From: Anaerolineaceae bacterium
Lineage (GTDB): Bacteria; Chloroflexota; Anaerolineae; Anaerolineales; Anaerolineaceae
Direction: 5' to 3'
NCBI GenBank assembly: GCA_034933225.1
Contig: JAYFNV010000025.1
Location: 10,457-74,456, forward strand
Length of the DNA: 64,000 nt
Part shown: positions 24,216-32,469 of the stretch, piece after piece
Layout of the letters: each line of letters starts with the position of its first letter
Position numbering within the stretch: position 1 is the stretch's first letter
Notes under the pieces: model-generated
Databases searched by the model: none
The model's input: the letters and a program-made list of their open reading frames with translations, nothing else
What the model was told of the DNA's origin: nothing
Program-made: the position numbers and the translations under genes

Positions 24216-24460
24216 GGTAATTCATGGTTTTCATTTTCCGATTAATTTCATTCCGGCTGGCGTAAGGTTACGGGACGCGCTGTGTGCCTACCAATTTGGT
24301 ATGTCCTCCGCGTAATACAGGGAACCATGAAATCTACTTTGACATACTGATGAATAAACACCGCGAGAAACCCTCCAATTAATCTACCTTTTGGCACATC
24401 AAAAGAATCGAAAGGTGAGTGATACTAGCTGTGGAAAACCAGAATATTGGAGAATGACCG

Positions 24461-25327
24461 ATGAAGATCGTAACTGACAGCGGAACAAATGTTTATTTAT
24501 CCCCGGACCAGCTCCGTGAATTTGGCATCCAGGTGGTGCCGTTGAGCGTGGCGCTGGAGGGCAAAACCTACCGCGAGGGTCTGGATGTGAAGGATGAGGA
24601 TTTCTACAACATGCTTGAATCCTCCGAAGCGCTGCCGACGACTTCACAACCGTCTGCGGGCGATTTCGCCACACTTTACCGTGAGCTTGCCAAGACCGAC
24701 CCTGAGATCCTCTCGATCCACATGTCGTCCGGGTTGAGCGGAACCATCAATTCCGCACGCGCCGCGGCCGCCATGGTTCCAGAAGCCCACGTGACCGTGG
24801 TAGATACCAAAACACTCGGCGTACCGGCCGGGTGGCAGGTTGAGGCAGCCGCCAGGGCACTCAAAGCCGGCTGGCCGTTACAAAAAATATTGGAATATGT
24901 AGAGAACATCAGCGCAGCCACCAACGTGGTCTATACCCTGAAGGAATTGAAATACCTCATCCACGGCGGCAGGATCAGCCACATGAAGGGCCTTATCGCC
25001 TCACTGCTCAACATCAAACCCCTGATCGGCGTTGAAAAAGTGGGCGGCACCTACGTACAGCGCGGACAGGCACGTTCGTTCGAGCGCGCCATTGAGAACA
25101 TCGGCGAGTACATCAGCCGTGAAATGAAGGCGGGCACCCTGCTGCGTGTGCAGGTGGTCCACGCCCAGAATCAGGAAGGCGCCGAGAAGCTCAGAGCAGA
25201 GATACTAAAACGCTTCCAGTGCGTGATGCTGCCAATCGAACGATTGTCGCTGGTTTTGGGAGCGCATGTGGGCAAATCCATGATCGGTGTGGCCTTCGCC
25301 CCTGAAGAAGTGTTTGAACTGAAGTAA
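24461..25327 (+). CDS. DegV family (fatty-acid-binding) protein
   Basis: MKIVTDSG...; TSQPS motif; overall DegV pattern. GGAG sits 9 nt upstream. Confidence 0.85.
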   Translation: MKIVTDSGTNVYLSPDQLREFGIQVVPLSVALEGKTYREGLDVKDEDFYNMLESSEALPTTSQPSAGDFATLYRELAKTDPEILSIHMSSGLSGTINSARAAAAMVPEAHVTVVDTKTLGVPAGWQVEAAARALKAGWPLQKILEYVENISAATNVVYTLKELKYLIHGGRISHMKGLIASLLNIKPLIGVEKVGGTYVQRGQARSFERAIENIGEYISREMKAGTLLRVQVVHAQNQEGAEKLRAEILKRFQCVMLPIERLSLVLGAHVGKSMIGVAFAPEEVFELK

Positions 25328-25348
25328 AACCAGCATAATCATTAAATC

Positions 25349-25380
25349 AATCGAGGCGGTCCGTATGGACCGCCTCGATT
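25349..25380. terminator. bidirectional terminator between convergent genes
   Basis: Perfect 14-bp stem AATCGAGGCGGTCC-gtat-GGACCGCCTCGATT followed by gTTATTT. Confidence 0.7.
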
Positions 25381-25394
25381 GTTATTTAAAATCT

Positions 25395-27401
25395 TTAGGC
25401 TTTGGGAGTCTCGGCTGCGGTTGCAGAAGCATCCGTGGGCGGGGTCTTCTTTTCGGCCAGGGCTTTGCGAATCTCTTCGCGCAGTTTCTCAGTTTCTTTG
25501 TTCTTCACCTTGACGTTCTTGTCGTCAACGCTGAGATTCAATTTATCTGAGAGCAAGAGGGTGAGCAGCCCTTCCATGACATTGCTGTTGGAAGAGGAAT
25601 TCTCGCCATTGCCGCCGCTGATGACGACTCTCGGCACCACATCCACCTGCGAAGCCTGCACGGCCTCGGCGAAGCGGTTGAGCACCTGCTGGGTCACCTG
25701 GTACTTCGGGCCGCCGTAAGCATTGACCTGCTCTTCGGTGGCGATAGCCTGGGCAATACCCGTGCGGGCAATGCGCTCGGCTTCGGCTTCCGCCAGGGTG
25801 CGGATCTGGGCAGCCTGCTGCAAAGCACGCTGCAGTTCAGCTTTACCCTGGTTCGACTGCACGGTGATGTTCAACTCAGATTCAGTGATATTGCGTTGCT
25901 GATCGGTGCGAGCCTGCGCCTCGCGCAGTTCGCGTTCCTTCACAGCGGCAGTTTCCTGGCGCTGATAGGTTTCGATCTGCTCTACAGCGATCTGGCGGGC
26001 ACGCAACTGGTTGAGGATGATCTCGATCTGGGTATCTTCACCATTGGTGGTGGGGGTACCGATGAGCACCTCTTCCAATTCAAGGTTGTAGTGAGCGAAC
26101 TTGTCCTTCATCTCCTGGCTGGAAATGCGCTGAATATCGTTACGTTCCTGGATCAACTGGATGAGTGTGCGGGTCTGGCCGATGTTCTTGAAGTAAGCCG
26201 AAACCATCGGGTCCAGGGTCTGTTCCACCAGTTTTTTCACGTCGCCAAAGCGCTGGATCACCAGCGGGGCCTTCTGATAGTCGATGTGGATCACCACAGA
26301 AAGCGGCAGAGAGGGTTCAAAGGCGTCTTTGGTGATGAGCGAGACCTCGGTCAGGTTCTCATCATAATGATGCGAGCCTACCTCACTGTGGATCCACTTG
26401 AGGATGATGTTGGTCGTCGGCACAGGGATGACCTTACCGGCGTAGGTGTTGAAGGGATACTTGCCCGGTAGCAGAGGTTCACTCCACACACCGCGGCTGC
26501 CCTTGGCCACCAGTTCACCATGACGGTAATCCAGGCCAGAGAGGTCAGCGCCGGTCTGGCCGGTGTAAGAGACCACCACGCCCACAAAACCGACTTCGAT
26601 GACGGTCTTCTGGATCATTTCCACGGTGGCGAAGAGGCGGTTGAGGTAATAGGTCCCTTCCACCAGCACCTGCAGTTGACGTCCGCGCATACCGCCGGCC
26701 GCGATGAAGCGGTCTGGCATCTGGAAGTTGTTGTGATAGGTCACAGGGTCGTTCACATCCGTGCCGACCACCGAAGCGATGATCTCACCGGAGGGCAGCG
26801 AAGGTCCATCATGAACGGTGACCACGCCGATGGTATCGTCAGAGTCTTTAATAACCACCGGGCTGAAACCGCTGCGCGATTTGATGACCTGGGTCATGTT
26901 CTGGATGACCACTTCATCATCACGGTTGAGCGGCAGGAAGTACACCCGCTCTTCAGTAATGACAATGAACTGTGCCAGGTTGAGGGCATAGGTACCCTCA
27001 CGCAAGATCTGGCGCTGCGGACCCTTTTGACCACCATTGGTCAGGAAAAGTCTTACATCCTGAAAATCATTGGCGGTGGTATTGGAAGCCAGCACCTGCA
27101 TGGCGCTCAGCGGTACACCATCGCGGGCAAAAATGTAACCGATCTTCCCCTGGGAGATGGTCACCAATGGGGCAATATGAACCACATATTGGATGGGGAT
27201 CAGGTAGTGCAGGCCGCCACGCAGCACATCTGGCTGATAACCAGCCTCGCCGTGCAGCGCGATAAAGCCGCCCTTGACCGATTTTAAGCCGAAGCGTTTT
27301 TCCACCAGGCCAATACGGTTGTTCGGGATGAATCGAATTCCCGATAAAAGAACGATCACCACCAATGCAATGATGGCCCAAACATAAAGCGGTAAACTCA
27401 T
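25395..27401 (-). CDS. SPFH/band-7 (flotillin-like) membrane protein
   Basis: I prefer the start at 27401 (AAGGAGACAGA-ATG) over the track start at 27485. N-terminal TM helix, SPFH region, then a long Ala/Glu/Gln/Arg-rich coiled-coil (REAQARTDQQR..., LAEAEAERIAR) typical of flotillins. Confidence 0.8.
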   Translation of the reverse strand: MSLPLYVWAIIALVVIVLLSGIRFIPNNRIGLVEKRFGLKSVKGGFIALHGEAGYQPDVLRGGLHYLIPIQYVVHIAPLVTISQGKIGYIFARDGVPLSAMQVLASNTTANDFQDVRLFLTNGGQKGPQRQILREGTYALNLAQFIVITEERVYFLPLNRDDEVVIQNMTQVIKSRSGFSPVVIKDSDDTIGVVTVHDGPSLPSGEIIASVVGTDVNDPVTYHNNFQMPDRFIAAGGMRGRQLQVLVEGTYYLNRLFATVEMIQKTVIEVGFVGVVVSYTGQTGADLSGLDYRHGELVAKGSRGVWSEPLLPGKYPFNTYAGKVIPVPTTNIILKWIHSEVGSHHYDENLTEVSLITKDAFEPSLPLSVVIHIDYQKAPLVIQRFGDVKKLVEQTLDPMVSAYFKNIGQTRTLIQLIQERNDIQRISSQEMKDKFAHYNLELEEVLIGTPTTNGEDTQIEIILNQLRARQIAVEQIETYQRQETAAVKERELREAQARTDQQRNITESELNITVQSNQGKAELQRALQQAAQIRTLAEAEAERIARTGIAQAIATEEQVNAYGGPKYQVTQQVLNRFAEAVQASQVDVVPRVVISGGNGENSSSNSNVMEGLLTLLLSDKLNLSVDDKNVKVKNKETEKLREEIRKALAEKKTPPTDASATAAETPKA

Positions 27402-27565
27402 TCTGTCTCCTTGGTGCCGAATTGCACCGAAAATAAGTATATCCATGTCCTTACGGGGGGCAAGAGATACAGGCATGGATTTCACGCCAATTTAATTACG
27501 AGGGTCGTGGTGGAAAGATGCGAGAAAATGAACAGAAGAGTATGCCCGAACCTCTGCCGAACATA

Positions 27566-27930
27566 AATTCCATCATGGGAAATACAATCCAATTACCAGT
27601 AGAGGCACGATATATCGTGCCTCTACGGCGGCATAATCGATATGTAAAGAGAAATAACTGGGAAGAATTACGGTGGGGCACAGCGACGCTGTGCCCCTAC
27701 CCAGGCCTAAAAGAATTCCATTATGGGAAGCGTTTTTCAATTACCGGGGTATATGGCCACCCCACCCGTGCCAAAGATCATTTTCTGCATGAGGAGCATC
27801 ACGCAATCTACCGGTAGTGGCACGATATATTGTGCCTCTACGTCTGCATAAAGGATATGCAGAGAGCAATAATGGAGAGGAATTACGTAGGGGCTCAGCG
27901 ACGCTGAGCCCCGACCCAGGCCAAAAATAA
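27566..27930. repeat. composite tandem repeat built from two hairpin types
   Basis: Two ~120-nt units (about 27591-27712 and 27806-27927), roughly 80 percent identical by eye. Each contains GTAG(A/T)GGCACGATATAT(C/T)GTGCCTCTAC (27599-27626; 27814-27841) and a GGGGC(A/T)CAGCGACGCTG(T/A)GCCCC hairpin (27673-27700; 27887-27915). Confidence 0.75.
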
Positions 27931-28065
27931 TCTCCATCTGTCTCATCCAAAAGGTTGAATTGTGCATTTTTTCACTATTTTTTTATTTACATAACTAGCG
28001 TTAGGTATTGTTTTCAGGTAAAATTAGGGTATCGAAATTTCCTTACAGTTATATAGAGGTGATTT

Positions 28066-28740
28066 ATGGCGAACGCATTCAAAGTGCTTGAGATCAAACA
28101 AAGCGTCTTCGAAGATAACAATCGTCAGGCAGCCCTCATCCGCGCTGAGCTCAAAAAGGACAAAGCCTTCTTGCTGAATTTAATGTCCTCGCCGGGCTCC
28201 GGCAAAACCACCACCCTCGTAAAAACCATTGAAGCCCTCAAAGATGAATTGAAGATCGGAATCGTTGAAGCGGATGTAGATTCTGACGTGGACGCACACA
28301 CCATTTCCCACACAGGGGCACGGGTGATCCAGGTGCACACCGGGGGGATGTGCCACATGGACGCTTACATGACCCAGCAAGGCCTCAAAGAAATGGGCAC
28401 GGCCGGGTTGGACCTGATCATCCTGGAGAACATCGGCAATCTGCTCTGCCCCGCTGATACAGATACCGGCGCCTCCAAGAACGCCATGATCCTGAGCGTA
28501 CCCGAGGGCGATGATAAACCCCTCAAGTACCCCCACATGTTCGAGGTGGTGGATGTACTGCTGGTGAACAAGATCGACACCGTCTCATTTTTCGATTTTG
28601 ATTTTGAGGCGCTGCGCGAGCGGGTGACCAAACTGAACCCGGACATCAAGATCATCCCCATTTCTGCCAAGACCGGCGAGGGCATCCCCGCCTGGGCAGA
28701 ATGGCTGCGAACTGAAGTGAATCGCTGGAAAAGCGAATAA
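28066..28740 (+). CDS. hypB: nickel-insertion GTPase HypB
   Basis: SD GAGGTG. P-loop SSPGSGKTT, metal-binding GGMCH, ENIGNLLCPA, NKID. Confidence 0.9.
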   Translation: MANAFKVLEIKQSVFEDNNRQAALIRAELKKDKAFLLNLMSSPGSGKTTTLVKTIEALKDELKIGIVEADVDSDVDAHTISHTGARVIQVHTGGMCHMDAYMTQQGLKEMGTAGLDLIILENIGNLLCPADTDTGASKNAMILSVPEGDDKPLKYPHMFEVVDVLLVNKIDTVSFFDFDFEALRERVTKLNPDIKIIPISAKTGEGIPAWAEWLRTEVNRWKSE

Positions 28741-28768
28741 TTATTACTCGTGAGAGGAAGGTCAGAGC

Positions 28769-31450
28769 ATGGCAGTGAAGCTAAAAGTTCTGGAATTTGC
28801 CAATAAGGTGGGTAAAAAGAAGATGGGCTCCAAGTCTGGCATATTGCCGACCGATCCCGAATACATGATCCTGGAACCCGTGGTCAGCGAAGAGATGGCC
28901 GAAGTGGCGCTGGGCATGGAACGCCGTGTACCGCGTTCCGCTGACGAGATTGCGGCCAACGTGGGCAATCCCCTAGAAGACGTCAAACGCCTGCTCTGGG
29001 ACCTTTCCATGGCCGGTGTCTGCTTCGTCAACAAGAAGGACGGCGTGGATAAATACTGGTACGACACCTGGGTCCCTGGCATCATGGAAATGATGACCAA
29101 CAACAAAGAGAACGTCAAAAAATACCCCCAGATCGCCGAAGCTTTTGAAGCCTACGGGCGTGTGCGCGGCAAAGCCACCGCCGGGAACTTCCCGGTGGGC
29201 GTTGGCCTGATGCGCGTCATCCCCATTGAAAGCGCCATTGACGGCAACTCTCGCAAAGCCTCTTACGAGGAAGTTTCCAAATACCTCGATGAGAACAGCA
29301 TCTTCTCAGTCTCCGATTGCTCCTGCCGTACCGTGCGCGAAAGCATGGGCGAAGGCTGCGGCCATCTGAAAGAAGACATGTGCATCCAGATGGGCCACGC
29401 CGCCGAGTTCTACATCCGCACCGGCCGCGGCCGTGAGATCACCCGTCAGGAAGCTGACGAGATCATCAAGCGCGCCGAAGAGAACGGGCTGGTCCACCAG
29501 ATCCCCAATACCGATGGACCCGGCAAGACCCACGCCATCTGCAACTGCTGCGGCTGTTCCTGCCTCAGCCTGCGCACTGCTGAAATGTTCATTAATACCG
29601 ACATGGTCCGCTCCAACTACGTCGCCCGTATTGACACTGAAAAATGTGTTGCCTGCGGCGAGTGCGTGGAAGGCTGCCATGTGAATGCACTACAACTGGG
29701 CCAGAAGATCTGCGGCAAGACCAAGATCGTGCAGGCCAAACGCGAAACCCCGCGCGATAACGAATGGGGTCCCGAGATGTGGAACACCGAATACCGCTAC
29801 AACCGCAAGGACGTGGTGGATACAGGTACCAGCCCCTGCAAGACCAACTGCCCGGCCCACATTGGCGTGCAAGGTTACATCAAACTGGCCGCGCTTGGAC
29901 GTTACAGCGACGCGCTTGAGCTGATCAAGCACGAGAACCCATTCCCGGCCGTGTGCGGACGCATCTGTCCACGCTTGTGCGAATCGGAAAGCACGCGCGC
30001 AGATATTGATGACCCCGTGGCTGTGGATGAGATCAAGAAGTTCATCGCCGAGCAGGACATGCACGCTGAACACCGCTACGTGCCCAAGAAACGCCATGAC
30101 TACGGCAACAAGATCGCCATTGTCGGCGCCGGGCCGGCCGGGCTTACCTGCGCCTACTACCTGGCCATTGACGGTTACAACGTGACCGTATTTGAAAAAG
30201 AAAAGATCGCCGGCGGCATGCTCACTCTGGGCATCCCAGCCTTCCGGCTTGAAAAGAACGTGGTCAACGCCGAGATCGAGATCCTCAAAGAGATGGGCGT
30301 TGAGATCAAATGCGGTGTGGAAGTGGGCAAAGATGTGAGTCTGGCTGATCTACGCAAGCAGGGCTACCAGGCTTTCTACATCGCCATCGGCGCCCAGGCT
30401 AGCCGCAAGCTGAACATCCCCGGTGAAGATGCCGCAGATGTGTACGGCGGCGTGGACTTTGTGCGCCGCATCAACCTGGGCGAAAAAGTTGCCCTCAAGG
30501 GCAAGGGAATCGTCATCGGCGGCGGCAACGTGGCCATTGATGTGGCCCGCAGTGCGGTTCGAGTGGGTGCTGAAGCTCTCAACCTGTACTGCCTGGAAAG
30601 CCGCAAAGAGATGCCCGCCCTGGATGAAGAAGTCCGCGAAGCTGAAGAAGAAGGCATTGTGGTCAACAATGGCTGGGGTCCCAAACGAATCCTCACCCAG
30701 AACGGCCACGTGACCGGTGTGGAGTTCAAGAAATGCCTCTCTGTTTTTGACGCCAACGGCCACTTTAACCCCAGCTACGACGAAAACGCCATCGAGATCG
30801 TCAAAGCCGATTTCGTCCTGGTCGCCATCGGCCAGTCCATTGAGTGGGGTACCCTGCTCGAAGGCGCCAGCGCTGATCTCAACCCCAACAAGACAATCAA
30901 GGCCGATGCTCTCACTTACCAGACCAGCCAGGCAGATGTCTTCGCCGGTGGAGATGTGGTCTCCGGCCCCAAATTCGCCATTGATGCCATCGCTGCCGGT
31001 AAACAGGCTGCCATTTCCATCCACCGCTTCGTGCATCCCGGCCAGAGCCTGACCATCGGCCGCAGCAAACGCCATTACGTGATGCTCAACAAAGCCGACC
31101 TGGATCTGGAAGGTTACGACCGCCAGCCGCGCCAGCGTCCGGTTGCCGCAACCTCTGTCATCAACTTCCACGATCCGCGTGCCACCTTCACTGAAGAACA
31201 GGTGCGCAAAGAGACGCAACGTTGCTTAAGCTGCGGCGCCACCGTGGTGGATGAGGCCCTGTGTGTAGGTTGTGGCGTTTGCACCACCAAGTGTAAGTTC
31301 GATGCCATCCACCTGGAACGCGTCTATGACGGCGCAGGTGTTGCCCTGGACGATATGAAACCGGTCGTCCTCAAGCAGATGCTCAAACGCAAGGTCAAGA
31401 TTGCCGGCAAGAAAATGGCTCGCTCTGTGGAATCGATCTTCAAAAATTAA
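28769..31450 (+). CDS. multi-domain Fe-S flavoprotein: N-terminal Cys-rich domain + 4Fe-4S + GltD-like NAD(P)H/FAD oxidoreductase + C-terminal 2x[4Fe-4S]
   Basis: CSCRTVR...CGH...C and CNCCGCSC clusters; CVACGECVEGC; GltD-type CKTNCPAHIGVQGY...GRICPRLCESES. Two dinucleotide folds (IAIVGAGPAGL; IVIGGGNVAID). C-terminal CLSCGATV...CVGCGVCTTKC. Confidence 0.75.
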   Translation: MAVKLKVLEFANKVGKKKMGSKSGILPTDPEYMILEPVVSEEMAEVALGMERRVPRSADEIAANVGNPLEDVKRLLWDLSMAGVCFVNKKDGVDKYWYDTWVPGIMEMMTNNKENVKKYPQIAEAFEAYGRVRGKATAGNFPVGVGLMRVIPIESAIDGNSRKASYEEVSKYLDENSIFSVSDCSCRTVRESMGEGCGHLKEDMCIQMGHAAEFYIRTGRGREITRQEADEIIKRAEENGLVHQIPNTDGPGKTHAICNCCGCSCLSLRTAEMFINTDMVRSNYVARIDTEKCVACGECVEGCHVNALQLGQKICGKTKIVQAKRETPRDNEWGPEMWNTEYRYNRKDVVDTGTSPCKTNCPAHIGVQGYIKLAALGRYSDALELIKHENPFPAVCGRICPRLCESESTRADIDDPVAVDEIKKFIAEQDMHAEHRYVPKKRHDYGNKIAIVGAGPAGLTCAYYLAIDGYNVTVFEKEKIAGGMLTLGIPAFRLEKNVVNAEIEILKEMGVEIKCGVEVGKDVSLADLRKQGYQAFYIAIGAQASRKLNIPGEDAADVYGGVDFVRRINLGEKVALKGKGIVIGGGNVAIDVARSAVRVGAEALNLYCLESRKEMPALDEEVREAEEEGIVVNNGWGPKRILTQNGHVTGVEFKKCLSVFDANGHFNPSYDENAIEIVKADFVLVAIGQSIEWGTLLEGASADLNPNKTIKADALTYQTSQADVFAGGDVVSGPKFAIDAIAAGKQAAISIHRFVHPGQSLTIGRSKRHYVMLNKADLDLEGYDRQPRQRPVAATSVINFHDPRATFTEEQVRKETQRCLSCGATVVDEALCVGCGVCTTKCKFDAIHLERVYDGAGVALDDMKPVVLKQMLKRKVKIAGKKMARSVESIFKN

Positions 31451-31518
31451 TTTCGTTATTTCTTTCCCTTGCCGTGTTAGAGGGGGAACACGGTGAGGGA
31501 GCCTCCTATAGGTGAAAT

Positions 31519-31860
31519 GTGCACGAATTAGGCATCCTTTTCAGCGTTGTTCGTACGGTGGAAACCTTTGCCCGCGAAAACCAGGTGGAAGAGATCCAAA
31601 CCCTGGTCTTGCAGGTAGGGGAGCTTTCGCCAGTGGTGCCGCATTACATCGAAGCCTGCTACCCCGCCGCCGTAGACGGTACAATGCTGCAAGACACTGA
31701 GCTCAAGATCGAGGTCACGCCAGGCAACGTGTTGTGCAAAGGCTGCAACAAGGTATACCGTCTGCTGGAGCACAAAGGCGTTTGCCCGCATTGCGGCGGC
31801 CGGGAATATGAAATTTTAAGCGGCAAAGAGTTCCTCATCAAAGAGATTGTCGCCTGCTAA
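31519..31860 (+). CDS. hypA: nickel metallochaperone HypA
   Basis: GTG start giving MHELGI... (the canonical MHE Ni-binding N-terminus). Zn site CKGC...CPHC. 113 aa. Confidence 0.85.
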   Translation: MHELGILFSVVRTVETFARENQVEEIQTLVLQVGELSPVVPHYIEACYPAAVDGTMLQDTELKIEVTPGNVLCKGCNKVYRLLEHKGVCPHCGGREYEILSGKEFLIKEIVAC

Positions 31861-31899
31861 CCTCCCTTTTTCGAAACAGTTCTATAATTGTCCGTGAAG

Positions 31900-31929
31900 C
31901 TGCACTTCAAGTTGAAGTGCAGTATTTTT
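31900..31929 (+). terminator. intrinsic terminator (CTTCAA-N-TTGAAG family)
   Basis: CTGCACTTCAA-G-TTGAAGTGCAG followed by TATTTTT. Confidence 0.7.
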
Positions 31930-31956
31930 CTGCAAGGTCATAGCGGAGGGAATTCA

Positions 31957-32400
31957 ATGAGCGATTCTGAGAAAGCCAAATTGGGTAATCTTTGCCCGGT
32001 CTTTTTGAGCAACGATATCCGACGCACGGTCCAGTTCTATGTGGATAAACTGGGCTTTTGGTCTGCCCAGCATTATGATAAGGTGGAAAACTTTGCCACC
32101 ATTTACAGGGACGATATTGAGTTTGTCATTGTGGCGGCCAAACAGGGGGTGGTGGAATCGAACCTCAAACGCTATGGCGCCGGCTTTGATGCGTACATTG
32201 ACCCCGCCGAGATCGAAGGAGTGGAACAGCTTTACGCTGAATATCGTGACAAAGGTGTAAAGATCTTGCAGGTACCACACCTCACTGCTTATGGTTCCAT
32301 TGAATTTGTTTTTGAAGATATTGACGGCCGCCAGATCGGCGTTGGCAGGATCAAAGAGAAAGAGACCTACTTCAAAAATACTGACGGCAAGCCCGCCTGA
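31957..32400 (+). CDS. VOC family protein (glyoxalase/bleomycin-resistance-like)
   Basis: I prefer the start at 31957 (GGAGGG 6 nt upstream). The track start at 31888 would read through the terminator hairpin. Pattern FYVDKLGF...IEFVFEDIDGRQIG. Confidence 0.7.
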   Translation: MSDSEKAKLGNLCPVFLSNDIRRTVQFYVDKLGFWSAQHYDKVENFATIYRDDIEFVIVAAKQGVVESNLKRYGAGFDAYIDPAEIEGVEQLYAEYRDKGVKILQVPHLTAYGSIEFVFEDIDGRQIGVGRIKEKETYFKNTDGKPA

Positions 32401-32414
32401 GGCTCTACAAGAAC

Positions 32415-32447
32415 CAAGCCCTTCAAATTTGAAGGGCTTGTCTTTTT
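32415..32447. terminator. terminator between convergent genes (CTTCAA-N-TTGAAG family)
   Basis: CAAGCCCTTCAAA-TTTGAAGGGCTTG followed by TCTTTTT. Confidence 0.7.
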
Positions 32448-32469
32448 AATATCATTTTCTCGGGTTTGG

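Noticed and set aside
27566-27930. Possible CRISPR array (repeated palindromic ~28-nt elements in a long intergenic region)
   Set aside because: Two different hairpin sequences alternate, the copies are imperfect, and spacing is irregular. The sequence between the hairpins is itself repeated between units. There are only 2-3 units and no cas genes in 64 kb. It is better explained as a REP/BIME-like composite repeat.
27496-27967. Track ORFs 27518..27817(+), 27496..27681(-), 27737..27967(-) and 27741..27950(-) as small proteins
   Set aside because: They are translations of the hairpin repeats (e.g. ...VEARYIVPLR..., ...RRGTIYRAST...). They have no SD, they overlap one another in several frames, and similar peptides would arise at every copy of the repeat.
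28066-31860. Calling the hypB-X-hypA region a hydrogenase operon
   Set aside because: No hydrogenase large or small subunit, maturation protease or hypCDEF is present. The middle gene is a GltD-like Fe-S flavoprotein, not a hydrogenase subunit I can recognise. Only the chaperone identities are supported.
31883-31888. TATAAT hexamer as the promoter of the downstream VOC gene
   Set aside because: It lies upstream of the hypA terminator hairpin (31900-31929), so a transcript starting there would be terminated at once. No convincing -35 element is present.
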